From assembly GCA_041662745.1 (NCBI GenBank), contig JBAZRV010000002.1, positions 90,001 through 122,000 of the forward strand: DNA of 32,000 nucleotides, written 5' to 3'. The stretch's first letter is position 1; each line of letters starts with the position of its first letter. Shown in pieces: positions 9,341-18,402 of this stretch. The notes below the pieces were generated by a model. That model was given only the letters and a program-made list of their open reading frames with translations, made no database searches and was not told the DNA's origin. The position numbers and the translations under genes were made by a program. Source of the DNA: Patescibacteria group bacterium. Lineage in GTDB: Bacteria > Patescibacteriota > Patescibacteriia > 2-01-FULL-39-33.

Positions 9341-10552
9341 ATGGAAGGTAACAAATTCGGCCGGTTTTTATTTCTGGCCAAGACTTCAGTCTTAATGGTT
9401 GCGGTTATTTTTGCCGTAGTTATTTCGGCTTCAGTTGCTTTGGCAGCTGCTCCGGTAGCTCCGACAGGCGCTTATGTGTCAACTACCTCGACAAACTCAA
9501 TGGTTGTAACTTGGGTTTGGGGCAGTGGAACAGAAACATATTTTACGGTTGATCAATCAACTGACGGGTTAACTTACACTCATGTTTCATCGTCCATTGC
9601 GACCACAACTCTGAGTTATACTTTTGCTGGTTTATCTCCAGATACTTTGTACTATTTTAGAGTAGCTTCAGCCAGCAGTACTCATACGGCGACTTCATCT
9701 TACTCTACCACTTCAGCGGCCTATACTTTAGCCACGGCTCCAACTTCATCTAACGCTGTTGTGCAAAGTCCAAGTGTTATTAATTTTACTTGGACAGGCG
9801 ATGCCACAGCATATTATGCGGAGAATATTACTGCCGGGACAAATTCTGGCTGGGTAACTGACACGAATTTCAGTTCGACCGGCTTATCATGCAATACAAC
9901 TTATACCTTTTATGTTAAGGGCAGAAATGGCGATTTAGTTGCAACTGCATATTCCGATACTCAGTTGGCCACAATTAGTTGCGGCAGTGGTGGCGAAGAC
10001 CCCTCTCCTGCGACTCCGGCCACACCTGCCGTACCCGCCACTCCGGCCACGCCGGCTGTGCCGGGCGAAACCCCAGCCATTCCCGCTGTTCCTGCTACGC
10101 CAGCCATACCCGCATCCATTACTGTTAGTAATGTCCCTGGTTCAATTATAAAAGTCAACGCCAGCGACCGTCCGGCTGTTTATTATGTCATTGACGGCAA
10201 GAAATACTTGTTTGTCAATCGCGCCACTTATACGACCTGGAGCTCCGACGCCGGCGATAGCGCCAACAATTTCTCCACCCTTACCATGGTTTCTCAAGCG
10301 GAATTTGATGCTATTCCTACCGGTGGCAATCTAATCGCCAAACCCGGCAGTTTGATCAAGTTTGATAACAGTCCGATAATTTATGCCGTCGCCACCGGAG
10401 GCAAGCTGTATCAACTGGCCGATTCAGCCGCTCAGACCGCGCTTTACGGCACGGCTGTTCCGGCGGTAATCCAGACGGGCTTCAGAGACGGCTATTATGA
10501 CCATGGCAACGCTGTCGGCACTCTGACCGCCAGTTCGCAGAAACCGGAATAA
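9341..10552 (+). CDS. Secreted fibronectin type III domain protein with Pro/Ala/Thr linker and C-terminal surface module
   Basis: Signal peptide; FN3-like 'APTGAYVSTTSTNSMVVTWVWGSGTETYFTVDQSTDGLTYTH...LSPDTLYYFRVASAS'; C-terminal 'YYVIDGKKYLFVNRATYTTW...' homologous to the N-terminus of the 2559-6128 product. Confidence 0.8.
   Translation: MEGNKFGRFLFLAKTSVLMVAVIFAVVISASVALAAAPVAPTGAYVSTTSTNSMVVTWVWGSGTETYFTVDQSTDGLTYTHVSSSIATTTLSYTFAGLSPDTLYYFRVASASSTHTATSSYSTTSAAYTLATAPTSSNAVVQSPSVINFTWTGDATAYYAENITAGTNSGWVTDTNFSSTGLSCNTTYTFYVKGRNGDLVATAYSDTQLATISCGSGGEDPSPATPATPAVPATPATPAVPGETPAIPAVPATPAIPASITVSNVPGSIIKVNASDRPAVYYVIDGKKYLFVNRATYTTWSSDAGDSANNFSTLTMVSQAEFDAIPTGGNLIAKPGSLIKFDNSPIIYAVATGGKLYQLADSAAQTALYGTAVPAVIQTGFRDGYYDHGNAVGTLTASSQKPE
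9999..10122 (+). repeat. Degenerate short tandem repeat coding for a (P-A-T/V)n linker
   Basis: Encodes PSPATPATPAVPATPATPAVPGETPAIPAVPATPAIPA. Confidence 0.75.
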
Positions 10553-10574
10553 TTTTTATCTAAAGTAATTCTAT

Positions 10575-10607
10575 AAAACTCCCGCCTCATTCCGAAGCGG
10601 GAGTTTT
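10575..10607. terminator. Intrinsic terminator for the FN3 gene, symmetric enough to act in both directions
   Basis: AAAACTCCCGC ... GCGGGAGTTTT inverted repeat between convergent genes. Confidence 0.8.
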
Positions 10608-10620
10608 AAAAAAAAAATAA

Positions 10621-10644
10621 ACCCCCGTTTTATAAACGGAGGTA
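10621..10644 (-). terminator. Intrinsic terminator for the minus-strand HD gene
   Basis: ACCCCCGTTT-TATA-AACGGAGGT-type stem with one mismatch; on the minus strand it is followed by TTATTTTTTTTTT. Confidence 0.65.
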
Positions 10645-10656
10645 TTGAGAGAAGGT

Positions 10657-11361
10657 TCAAGCGCCGGCAATAAGCGGCGGTCCCAGTTTGTCGGCCGGCA
10701 AGGCCTTAGCTGTTTCCAGTGCTTCCCGCATTTCATGATTAAGGTAGCGACAGAAGTTCTGATTGATTTGTTCAATAGCCGGGATCATGGGCAGATAAAT
10801 CTCAACGGTTTCTTTGATTTTGCGGGATCGTTTTTCCGGAGCGCAATGGTGAATGGTGCGCATATTATGCAAGCGATCGCACAGTTTAATCAGCTTGACC
10901 CAGGAATTAGACCTATTGAGTTGCTGGAAATAGAATTGGTGCCTCTCGGAATCAGACTTGAAGCGCTGATCGTTTTTTGACGGCTTGGTCATGTTGACGA
11001 TCAAACCGGAGGCGCGTCGGCCGAAAACAGCCGTTAGCTTGCTGGGGGTAGCCAGGCGCAATAGCAATTCCGGGGCGTCCTCGCGAAAATCATGGAGCAG
11101 AGCGGCGATAATCAAATCCTTGTCCCAGATGCCCAATTCTTGCATGATAATTCGCGCCGTGTTCTTGCAGTGTTCAATATAAGGCGTGCCGTCATCGCGT
11201 TTCTGTTCATGATGGCCGACCTTGCCCATTTCGTAAGCGAAATCAACCAATTCAATATCTCCCGGCGACATTTTAAATCTCAGCAATTCAAGGAATTCTT
11301 GGTGGGATAAATGCGTTTCCTGATGCTTTTGACGCTTGATTTCGGTGTTGGCCTCTGGCAT
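10657..11361 (-). CDS. Stand-alone RelA/SpoT-type HD domain hydrolase
   Basis: 234 aa; 'GTPYIEHCKNTARIIMQE', 'IAALLHDFREDAP', 'KLIKLCDRLHNMRTI' match RSH HD-domain motifs; no synthetase domain. Confidence 0.8.
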   Translation of the reverse strand: MPEANTEIKRQKHQETHLSHQEFLELLRFKMSPGDIELVDFAYEMGKVGHHEQKRDDGTPYIEHCKNTARIIMQELGIWDKDLIIAALLHDFREDAPELLLRLATPSKLTAVFGRRASGLIVNMTKPSKNDQRFKSDSERHQFYFQQLNRSNSWVKLIKLCDRLHNMRTIHHCAPEKRSRKIKETVEIYLPMIPAIEQINQNFCRYLNHEMREALETAKALPADKLGPPLIAGA

Positions 11362-11507
11362 GGCTAAGTCCTCCCGCGGTTGTTCTTTTTAGAAGGTTCT
11401 TTTTGATTATTTATTGTAGCAATTACACGGAATATGTCAAGTTTATCGGTTATTGGTAATTTTTAAGATTGAAAAACAAAGCAGTTTCTGCTACCATCTA
11501 AAATAGT

Positions 11508-12188
11508 ATGACAATAATTTTACCCTCCATAACCACCACCCGCCATGCCAATTGGCGACAAATGATCAGTGATTGCGATTCTTTGGGCATCAAAGAAACA
11601 GCTTTATTTTTAAGCGCCTTGCCGGCGGAAGAGCATGAAAAGCTTTATGAAGCGCTCAAGCAGTCAAATATCAAAAGCATACCTTTTGTGCATTTGCGTT
11701 CCGACATGCCGCCGGAGGAAGTTGATTATCTGATTGATAATTATGGCGCTAAAATGTTTAATATCCATAGCCAAAAACAATTTTATTTGAAGTATGATTT
11801 GTCGCGTTTTAAGTCCATGATTTACCTGGAGAATACCAACAACTCCATAACCGATGAAATAGGCGAGTGGGCAGGATTATGCTTAGACGTGTCACATCAT
11901 GAGAATAAACGGTTGTTGGGGCTGCCGCTTTACCGGGAAGTCGCAGAGTTGTTGAAAAAATATCCGGTTGGTTGTTGGCATTTGAATGCTATCGGACCGG
12001 AGCCGATAGTCAAGATTGAGGATGATGATTACGGCTATGACAAACACAACTTTGAAAATTTAAGCGAGTTTGATTATTGCGTCCGTTATCGGGAATACTT
12101 GCCGAAATATATTGCCTTGGAATTGGAAAACACCATAGCCGAACAATTGAAAGCGAAGGAATATGTAACTAAACTCTTAAATATTTAA
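11508..12188 (+). CDS. Sugar phosphate isomerase/epimerase-like (TIM-barrel) protein
   Basis: 226 aa; barrel-like pattern 'MIYLENT...GLCLDVSHHEN...VGCWHLNAIGP'; stop overlaps the next start (TAATG). Confidence 0.5.
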   Translation: MTIILPSITTTRHANWRQMISDCDSLGIKETALFLSALPAEEHEKLYEALKQSNIKSIPFVHLRSDMPPEEVDYLIDNYGAKMFNIHSQKQFYLKYDLSRFKSMIYLENTNNSITDEIGEWAGLCLDVSHHENKRLLGLPLYREVAELLKKYPVGCWHLNAIGPEPIVKIEDDDYGYDKHNFENLSEFDYCVRYREYLPKYIALELENTIAEQLKAKEYVTKLLNI

Positions 12189-12757
12189 TGGAAAAAACAG
12201 CCGATGAAAAATTAGTCGCCGATTATTTGTCCGGCAAGGAACAGGCCTTAGAGGAGTTGGTTGCCAGATATTTTAAAGCCATTTATGGCTTTGTTTTCGG
12301 TTATGTCAGGAATCAGGACGAAGCCGAGGATTTGACTCAGGTAACATTCATTAAGGCTTGGCGGGGGATAAAGCGATTTGATTGCCGGAAAAATTTTAAG
12401 GTTTGGCTGTTTACTATCGCTAAGAACACCGCCTTGGACTATTTGAAAAAGAAAAAACCGCTTAACTTTTCCGCTTTTGAAAACGATGAAGGCGATAATA
12501 TGTTGGCAGAAACGTTAGCCGATCCCGGGCCGTTACCCGATGAGATTTTTGAACGCAATGATTTGAGCGAGTTATTAGCTGAGGCCGTAAACAATTTGCC
12601 GGCCCAATATCAGCCGGTTATCCGACTGCATCATGTTGCCGGTTTTTCTTTGTCGGAAATAGCGGAAATAACCGGCCAACCGCTTAATACGGTAAAAAGC
12701 CGGCACCGACGCGCCCTGCTGTTATTAAGGGAGTATTTAATCAAAAAATTTATCTAA
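12188..12757 (+). CDS. RNA polymerase sigma-70 family (ECF-type) sigma factor
   Basis: 'AIYGFVFGYVRNQDEAEDLTQVTFIKAWRGIKRFD' region 2 and 'LPAQYQPVIRLHHVAGFSLSEIAEITGQPLNTVKSRHRRAL' region 4. Confidence 0.95.
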   Translation: MEKTADEKLVADYLSGKEQALEELVARYFKAIYGFVFGYVRNQDEAEDLTQVTFIKAWRGIKRFDCRKNFKVWLFTIAKNTALDYLKKKKPLNFSAFENDEGDNMLAETLADPGPLPDEIFERNDLSELLAEAVNNLPAQYQPVIRLHHVAGFSLSEIAEITGQPLNTVKSRHRRALLLLREYLIKKFI

Positions 12758-12818
12758 ATTTAGAATAAAAATATTAAAGACGCAACCTAATGCGTCTTTA
12801 AATCGTATTAACAACCAT

Positions 12819-13223
12819 ATGCCGAAAGAATTAGGGAAAATTTTTTCCTCTTACCGTTCCCCCGAGCCGTCCGAAGAGTTATTTAATAAAATAACTTTAC
12901 GGCTTAAGTGGGAACAAGCTAAGCGAGCCAAGTTCCGTTTAGCGGTTTTTTCTTTGACTTTTGTCGCTTCATTAGCCGCCGTCGTACCGGCGTTACGTCT
13001 GATTTGGCAGGATGCCAGCCAATCCGGTTTTGCTGATTTTGTTTCTTTATTCTTTTCTGATCCCGATCTGGCGTTGGCTTATTGGCAGAATTTTGTTTTG
13101 GCGCTTTTGGAGGTCTTACCGGTTTTAAGCCTGGCTTTATTTGTGGCTGTTTTGGCTGTTTTTATGGAATCACTGAAATTACTGGTCAAAAATTTTAAGG
13201 GCGCTTATCCGCGTTTGGTTTAG
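12819..13223 (+). CDS. Small membrane protein, possible anti-sigma partner
   Basis: 134 aa; soluble N-terminus then two TM segments; directly downstream of the sigma gene. Confidence 0.55.
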   Translation: MPKELGKIFSSYRSPEPSEELFNKITLRLKWEQAKRAKFRLAVFSLTFVASLAAVVPALRLIWQDASQSGFADFVSLFFSDPDLALAYWQNFVLALLEVLPVLSLALFVAVLAVFMESLKLLVKNFKGAYPRLV

Positions 13224-13279
13224 CATTATCATCCGGCTTTCAGGCTTTTGACTTTATAAACCTTATAACTTATAAACAT

Positions 13280-13774
13280 ATGATTGATTTTAACAAGTTT
13301 TTCCAATCAAAAGTATTCCTGGGTATTATTTTGGGCATGATGATTTTTGTCTTGCTGCTGTTGGTTTTTCAGGCCGGCGCTTTTGTCGGCTTTAAGAAAG
13401 CCGAGTTTTCCTATCATTGGAGTGAAAATTACCAGCGCAACTTTGCCGGACCGCAACGCGGTTTTGCCGAGCCTTTCCAGGGCAAGGACCTGATCAATGC
13501 TCACGGCACTGCCGGTCAAATCATAAAGATTGACGGTTCGACGATTATTATTAAGGGCAATGATAATGTGGAAAGAGCTGTGTTGACTAAGGAAGATACG
13601 GTTATTAGAAGTTTGCGCGATACCATTAAGACCGGTGATCTTAAATTGAATGATTTGGTGGTGGTTATCGGCGATCCGGCGACTACCAGCGGCCAGATCA
13701 CCGCTAAGCTAATCAGAGTTATGCCGACTCCGCCGGCCGGAGCGCCAGCGGTAAACGGGCGGATATATTTTTAA
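13280..13774 (+). CDS. Membrane-anchored DUF5666-like protein
   Basis: N-terminal TM helix; 'GTAGQIIKIDGSTIIIKGNDNVERAVLTKEDTVIRSLRDTIKTGDLKLNDLVVVIGDP' beta-rich domain. Confidence 0.6.
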   Translation: MIDFNKFFQSKVFLGIILGMMIFVLLLLVFQAGAFVGFKKAEFSYHWSENYQRNFAGPQRGFAEPFQGKDLINAHGTAGQIIKIDGSTIIIKGNDNVERAVLTKEDTVIRSLRDTIKTGDLKLNDLVVVIGDPATTSGQITAKLIRVMPTPPAGAPAVNGRIYF

Positions 13775-13827
13775 AAAATAATCATCGGATTACATCATTT
13801 ATTTTATTGTTTAATGCTTCATAATTT

Positions 13828-15600
13828 ATGTTCAATAAGATCAAGGGTCTATTTAAAAAATTTGTTTTGGGCCATAAGGTTGTTGCCGGCATTGTTTTAG
13901 CTGTTGTAATTGCCGGCGGTTATTTTGGCTGGCAAGCGCTATTTGGCGGCAAACAACAGGTGAGTTATGTCACTGCCAAAGCCGTTAAAGACATAATCAT
14001 ATCAACCGTCTCCGGCAGCGGTACGGTAGCCGCTTCTAACGAAGTGGAACTTAAAACCAAGGCCTCCAGCGACGTGACGGCGGTTAAGGTCAAGAAGGGC
14101 GATACAGTTAAGGCCGGCGAAGTTTTGGTTCAACTCAACGCCAAGGACGCGGCTAAATCAGTTCGCGACGCTCAAGTCAATTTGGATTCCGCCAAGTTGT
14201 CATTGGAAAAATTGCAACAGCCGACCAGTGAATTATCCTTAATCCAAGCGCGAAACTCTCTGATCCAATCCCAACAGAGCAAGGAAAATTCCGAGTATGC
14301 CCTAATTAAAGCTTACGAGGATGCTTTTAACGATATTTCCAACGCTTTTTTGGATTTGCCGACTATCATGACCGATCTGAATGATATCTTATACAGTGAT
14401 GAAATAGGCAAGGCGGAGAAAACCGTCGGCAGTAATCAGACTAATCTTCCCGCCTTGCTTTATTCCTTGGCGGGCGAAGATCAGGACGGTTTTCAGGTTT
14501 ACGAATTATCGGCGGAAAGCGATTATAAGGTCGCTTATGCCAAGTATCAGGCTAACTTCAGCAGTTTTAAGGCTACCAATCGTTACGCCGACAATCAAAC
14601 CATAGAAACGTTATTGGCTGAAACCATAGAAAACATCAAGGCTGTGGCGCAAGCGGCCAAGAGTGAAAATAATATGCTTGATGTTTGGGTGGAGGACAGA
14701 TCGCAAAATAATTGGTCTATTTTTAATACGGTTGACGGCTATCAGAATGATTTGAGTTCTGATATCGGCAAGGTCAATAATCATGTGACTACTTTGTTGG
14801 CCATACAGCAGACTTTAAAAACCGATAAAGATGCGATCGCTAATGCCGACAGGACGATTGCCGAGAAAACCGCCAGCTTGGCCGATTTGGAAGCCGGAGT
14901 TGATGAGTTGGATCTCAGAGCGCAACAGATGAGCGTTCAGCAACGGCAGAATTCTTTGGCCGATGCCCTGGAGCAATATGCCAATTATTCGGTAGTTGCT
15001 CCTTTTGACGGCGTAGTGGCTAATGTGGCCGTCACCAAAGGGGATACTGTTTCTTCCGGCGCCAGTGCCGTCACTTTGATCACCGACCAGAAAATCGCCA
15101 ATATTTCTCTTAATGAAGTTGATGTGTCTAAGGTCAAAACCGGCCAGAAAGTCAGTGTTACTTTTGACGCCATCAGCGATTTAACCGTCACTGGCTCGGT
15201 GGCTGACGTAGATATGATTGGCACGGTTACCCAGGGCGTAGCCAGCTATGACGTCAAAATAGTTTTTGATTCGCAGAATGATCAGATCAAGTCAGGCATG
15301 ACGGCCAATGTTAGTATTGTGATTGACTCTAAAGTTGAGGCGTTGCAGGTTCCCAGCTCCGCCATTAAGACGCAAAACAGCGTTACTTATGTCCAGATCA
15401 TGGTCAATGGCCAGCCCCAGCAGAGAGAAGTTACGATCGGTTTGGCGAGCGATACCATGACGGAAATATTAAGCGGCATAAACGAGGGTGATGAGGTGGT
15501 AACACAAACCGTTACTGCGAATAAATCCAGTACCAAGACAACTAGTGGCAACAGTAACTCCAACAGTCGTCCTCAGAGCGGAATGCTGATGGGATTATAA
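13828..15600 (+). CDS. MacA/HlyD-like periplasmic (extracytoplasmic) adaptor subunit
   Basis: 590 aa; N-terminal TM, biotinyl-lipoyl-like 'VTAVKVKKGDTVKAGEVLVQLNAKDA', coiled coil, 'VVAPFDGVVANVAVTKGDTVSSGASAVTLITD', and barrel 'VKSGMTANVSIVIDSKVEALQVPSSAI'. Confidence 0.9.
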   Translation: MFNKIKGLFKKFVLGHKVVAGIVLAVVIAGGYFGWQALFGGKQQVSYVTAKAVKDIIISTVSGSGTVAASNEVELKTKASSDVTAVKVKKGDTVKAGEVLVQLNAKDAAKSVRDAQVNLDSAKLSLEKLQQPTSELSLIQARNSLIQSQQSKENSEYALIKAYEDAFNDISNAFLDLPTIMTDLNDILYSDEIGKAEKTVGSNQTNLPALLYSLAGEDQDGFQVYELSAESDYKVAYAKYQANFSSFKATNRYADNQTIETLLAETIENIKAVAQAAKSENNMLDVWVEDRSQNNWSIFNTVDGYQNDLSSDIGKVNNHVTTLLAIQQTLKTDKDAIANADRTIAEKTASLADLEAGVDELDLRAQQMSVQQRQNSLADALEQYANYSVVAPFDGVVANVAVTKGDTVSSGASAVTLITDQKIANISLNEVDVSKVKTGQKVSVTFDAISDLTVTGSVADVDMIGTVTQGVASYDVKIVFDSQNDQIKSGMTANVSIVIDSKVEALQVPSSAIKTQNSVTYVQIMVNGQPQQREVTIGLASDTMTEILSGINEGDEVVTQTVTANKSSTKTTSGNSNSNSRPQSGMLMGL

Positions 15601-15608
15601 TCAATTTT

Positions 15609-16295
15609 ATGCTGAGATGCGAAAATATAAATAAGATTTATCAGATGGGCGAGGATAATGAATTGGCGGTCCTGTCTGATATAAATTTCAAAATAGACAG
15701 GGGAGAATTCGTTGCTATTATCGGTCCTTCCGGTTCCGGCAAAACCACTTTGATGAATATTTTGGGCGCCCTGGATCATCCCAGTACCGGCAAGTATTAT
15801 CTTGATAATCAGGACGTGTTCAGTCTGTCTGACGAAGAGATAGCCTTGATCCGTTGCAAGAAAATCGGTTTTGTTTTCCAATCATTCAATTTATTATCGC
15901 GTTCTACGGTGTTGCGCAATGTCATGGTGCCTTTGATTTATGCCAAAGTGCCGAAAGAACAGCGTTTGGCTTTGGCAGAACAGGCGCTGAAAGCCGTGGG
16001 CTTGGAAGAAAACCGCTGGCGTCATTTATCCAATCAGCTATCCGGCGGGCAGATGCAACGCGTGGCCATCGCCCGGGCGCTGATTAATAATCCGGATATT
16101 ATTTTAGCCGACGAACCGACGGGCAATCTTGATTCCAAGACGGGAGAAATTACTTTGGAAACTTTTAAGCGCTTGAACCGCGAATACGGCCACACGATAA
16201 TCCTTATTACTCATGATCATAATGTGGCCAGCCACGCCGACCGGATAATTGAGATCAAAGACGGCCGGATTACCAGCGACAAAAAAATAAGATAA
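15609..16295 (+). CDS. ABC transporter ATP-binding protein (MacB/LolD-type)
   Basis: Walker A '[17 protein letters not shown]', signature '[37 protein letters not shown]', H-loop 'IILITHD'. Confidence 0.96.
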   Translation: MLRCENINKIYQMGEDNELAVLSDINFKIDRGEFVAIIGPSGSGKTTLMNILGALDHPSTGKYYLDNQDVFSLSDEEIALIRCKKIGFVFQSFNLLSRSTVLRNVMVPLIYAKVPKEQRLALAEQALKAVGLEENRWRHLSNQLSGGQMQRVAIARALINNPDIILADEPTGNLDSKTGEITLETFKRLNREYGHTIILITHDHNVASHADRIIEIKDGRITSDKKIR

Positions 16296-16298
16296 CTT

Positions 16299-17522
16299 AT
16301 GCTGTTTTACGATTTATCACAAGAAACATACTTTTCTTTATTGTCAAACAAGTCTCGGTCCGTTTTGACGATTTTAGGCATTGTCATCGGTATTGCCTCG
16401 GTGATTGCCATGGTTTCTGTCGGTCAAGGGGCAACTTCCAGCATCACCAACAGGATTGAGTCATTAGGCACCAACTTATTGGTAATTTCCCCGACTTCGC
16501 AACGTCGTGCCGGAGAATTGGTGCGCGGCGGCATGGGTGAGGCCACAACCCTAATCCTGGAAGATGCTGAGGCGATTTATGCTTCTATTGATGGGATCAC
16601 TTCGGTAGCCCCGGCAGTTACTTCCCGTAAACAAGTTACGGCTAAAGGCACTAACACTAATACCAGTATTTACGGCATTGACGAAAATTACTTTGCCATT
16701 AAAAGCGTGGCTACTGATTTGGGGGCGTTATTCGGCGCTCAGCAAGTTAATTCCAACGCTCGCGTGGCCGTGATCGGACCCGCTACCAGAGACAGCTTAT
16801 TCGGTGAAGGCGCCGATTCAATCGGACAGAAAATTCGCATCAGCGGTCAGGAGTTTACTGTTATCGGCATTGCTCAATCCAAGGGCGGCACTACGATGGG
16901 CAGTTCCGATGACTTGATTTATATTCCCATCGGCGTGGCTCAGCAGTATTTCACCGGCAACAAGGCCGTCAGCAATATCAGTGTTCAGGTAGCTTCGGCT
17001 GATTTAATGGATTCGGTCCAGCAACAAATTTCTGATCTGCTCATGGCTCGTCATGGCATTGGCGATGTCAATAATCTTGACTTCAGCATCATGAATCAGG
17101 CGGACATGTTAAGCACTATGTCTTCGGTCTCTTCCACTTTGACTTGGCTTTTAGGCGCTATTGCCGGCATCTCGCTGGTGGTTGGTGGCATCGGCATTAT
17201 GAATATGATGTTGACCACCGTAACCGAGCGCACCAGGGAAATCGGCCTCAGGAAATCCTTGGGCGCCACGAATTCCGATATCAGCAGTCAGTTTTTAGCC
17301 GAATCCGTGGCCTTGACTTTTATCGGCGGGTTTTTCGGCATTATTATCGGTTGGCTGGCGTCTTATATTATCAGCGCTTTAGCCAGTATGGCAACGAGCG
17401 TTACCGGGACCTCGGTCTTGTTAGCTTTCGGCATTTCCGCTTTAATCGGTATCGTGTTCGGTTATTATCCGGCGCGACGCGCGGCCAAGCTTAATCCGAT
17501 TGACGCGTTGAGATATCAGTAA
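16299..17522 (+). CDS. ABC transporter permease (MacB-type, FtsX-like)
   Basis: 'SKRSVLTILGIVIGIASVIAMVSVGQGA' start, MacB_PCD-like core, and C-terminal 'IGIMNMMLTTVTERTREIGLRKSLGAT...PARRAAKLNPIDALRYQ'. Confidence 0.95.
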   Translation: MLFYDLSQETYFSLLSNKSRSVLTILGIVIGIASVIAMVSVGQGATSSITNRIESLGTNLLVISPTSQRRAGELVRGGMGEATTLILEDAEAIYASIDGITSVAPAVTSRKQVTAKGTNTNTSIYGIDENYFAIKSVATDLGALFGAQQVNSNARVAVIGPATRDSLFGEGADSIGQKIRISGQEFTVIGIAQSKGGTTMGSSDDLIYIPIGVAQQYFTGNKAVSNISVQVASADLMDSVQQQISDLLMARHGIGDVNNLDFSIMNQADMLSTMSSVSSTLTWLLGAIAGISLVVGGIGIMNMMLTTVTERTREIGLRKSLGATNSDISSQFLAESVALTFIGGFFGIIIGWLASYIISALASMATSVTGTSVLLAFGISALIGIVFGYYPARRAAKLNPIDALRYQ

Positions 17523-17655
17523 AAAAAATTACGAATTAATAATTACGAATTACTAATTTTATTATTATATTCGTATCCCAAAATTGTATGCTGGATTACT
17601 GCTTTCACAGGAATAACAAATAATAAATATAATAAATTAATAAAATAAAAAACCT

Positions 17656-18132
17656 ATGAAACAAAAGCTACCTCTTCCTTTGATGATTTTGGTCACCGTA
17701 GTTGTGATCGTACTTGTCGGCGCCGCTTCTTTTTATGTCGGTACCAAGTATTCTTCAGCTAAGAGATTTGGCGCGTTTGGCAATGGCAATTTTGGCCAAG
17801 GGCAACAGTCGGGCGATGCCGCCATGGCCGGCCGCAGAGTCAATGCCCTCGGCGGGGGAATGATAAATGGTGATGTTTTGTCTTTGGATGAAAAGAGTCT
17901 CACAGTCAAGGGGCGTGATGGCAGTTCCAAGATGGTTTTTTTCGCCACTTCAACGGAAGTGGGTAGGTTTGCCGCCGGTACCGTCAGTGATTTGGCTGTC
18001 GGGCAGAATATTGTAGTGACCGGCAAGACCAACAGCGATGGCAGTGTTGTCGCTCAGTCAATTCAGATTCGTCCGGCTGCGGCTAACCCGGATCCTGGTA
18101 CGCCTAATGCTCCCGCCAATCCAGTTAAATAA
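17656..18132 (+). CDS. Membrane-anchored DUF5666-like protein
   Basis: N-terminal TM; 'GMINGDVLSLDEKSLTVKGRDGSSKMVFFATSTEVGRFAAGTVSDLAVGQNIVVTGKTNSDGSVVAQSIQIRP'. Confidence 0.65.
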   Translation: MKQKLPLPLMILVTVVVIVLVGAASFYVGTKYSSAKRFGAFGNGNFGQGQQSGDAAMAGRRVNALGGGMINGDVLSLDEKSLTVKGRDGSSKMVFFATSTEVGRFAAGTVSDLAVGQNIVVTGKTNSDGSVVAQSIQIRPAAANPDPGTPNAPANPVK

Positions 18133-18156
18133 TAATAAAATAATTTTGACCGCTAA

Positions 18157-18184
18157 AAAATATCCTCCTTGCGGGGGATATTTT
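18157..18184 (+). terminator. Intrinsic terminator after the export cassette
   Basis: AAAATATCCTCC-TTGC-GGGGGATATTTT followed by ATTTTTA. Confidence 0.8.
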
Positions 18185-18402
18185 ATTTTTATGTACACGA
18201 TAATTAAGATAGTTCGAACGAATTTTAGGCCACCTGTGGCGGCCAAGGACAGCCCTCCCAAATAATTAATTTTATTTGAAGCGGGCAAAGCCCGCGATCT
18301 TTGACAATTTTCACTTTTTCTTTGGCGGAAAATTCTTTAATATTAAGGATTGGTTTGGAGTTGTTTCTATATTAAACACAATTTAATTTAACAATATCCA
18401 AG

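Noticed and set aside
9961-10158. Minus-strand ORF with (GVAGTAGMAGVAG)n, collagen-like in appearance
   Set aside because: Shadow of the plus-strand Pro/Ala/Thr linker in the FN3 protein; repeats on the sense strand force it.
17526-17570. Direct repeat ATTACGAATTA...ATTACGAATTA after the permease gene
   Set aside because: Short, AT-rich and only two copies; likely chance or minor slippage, not strong enough to report as an element.
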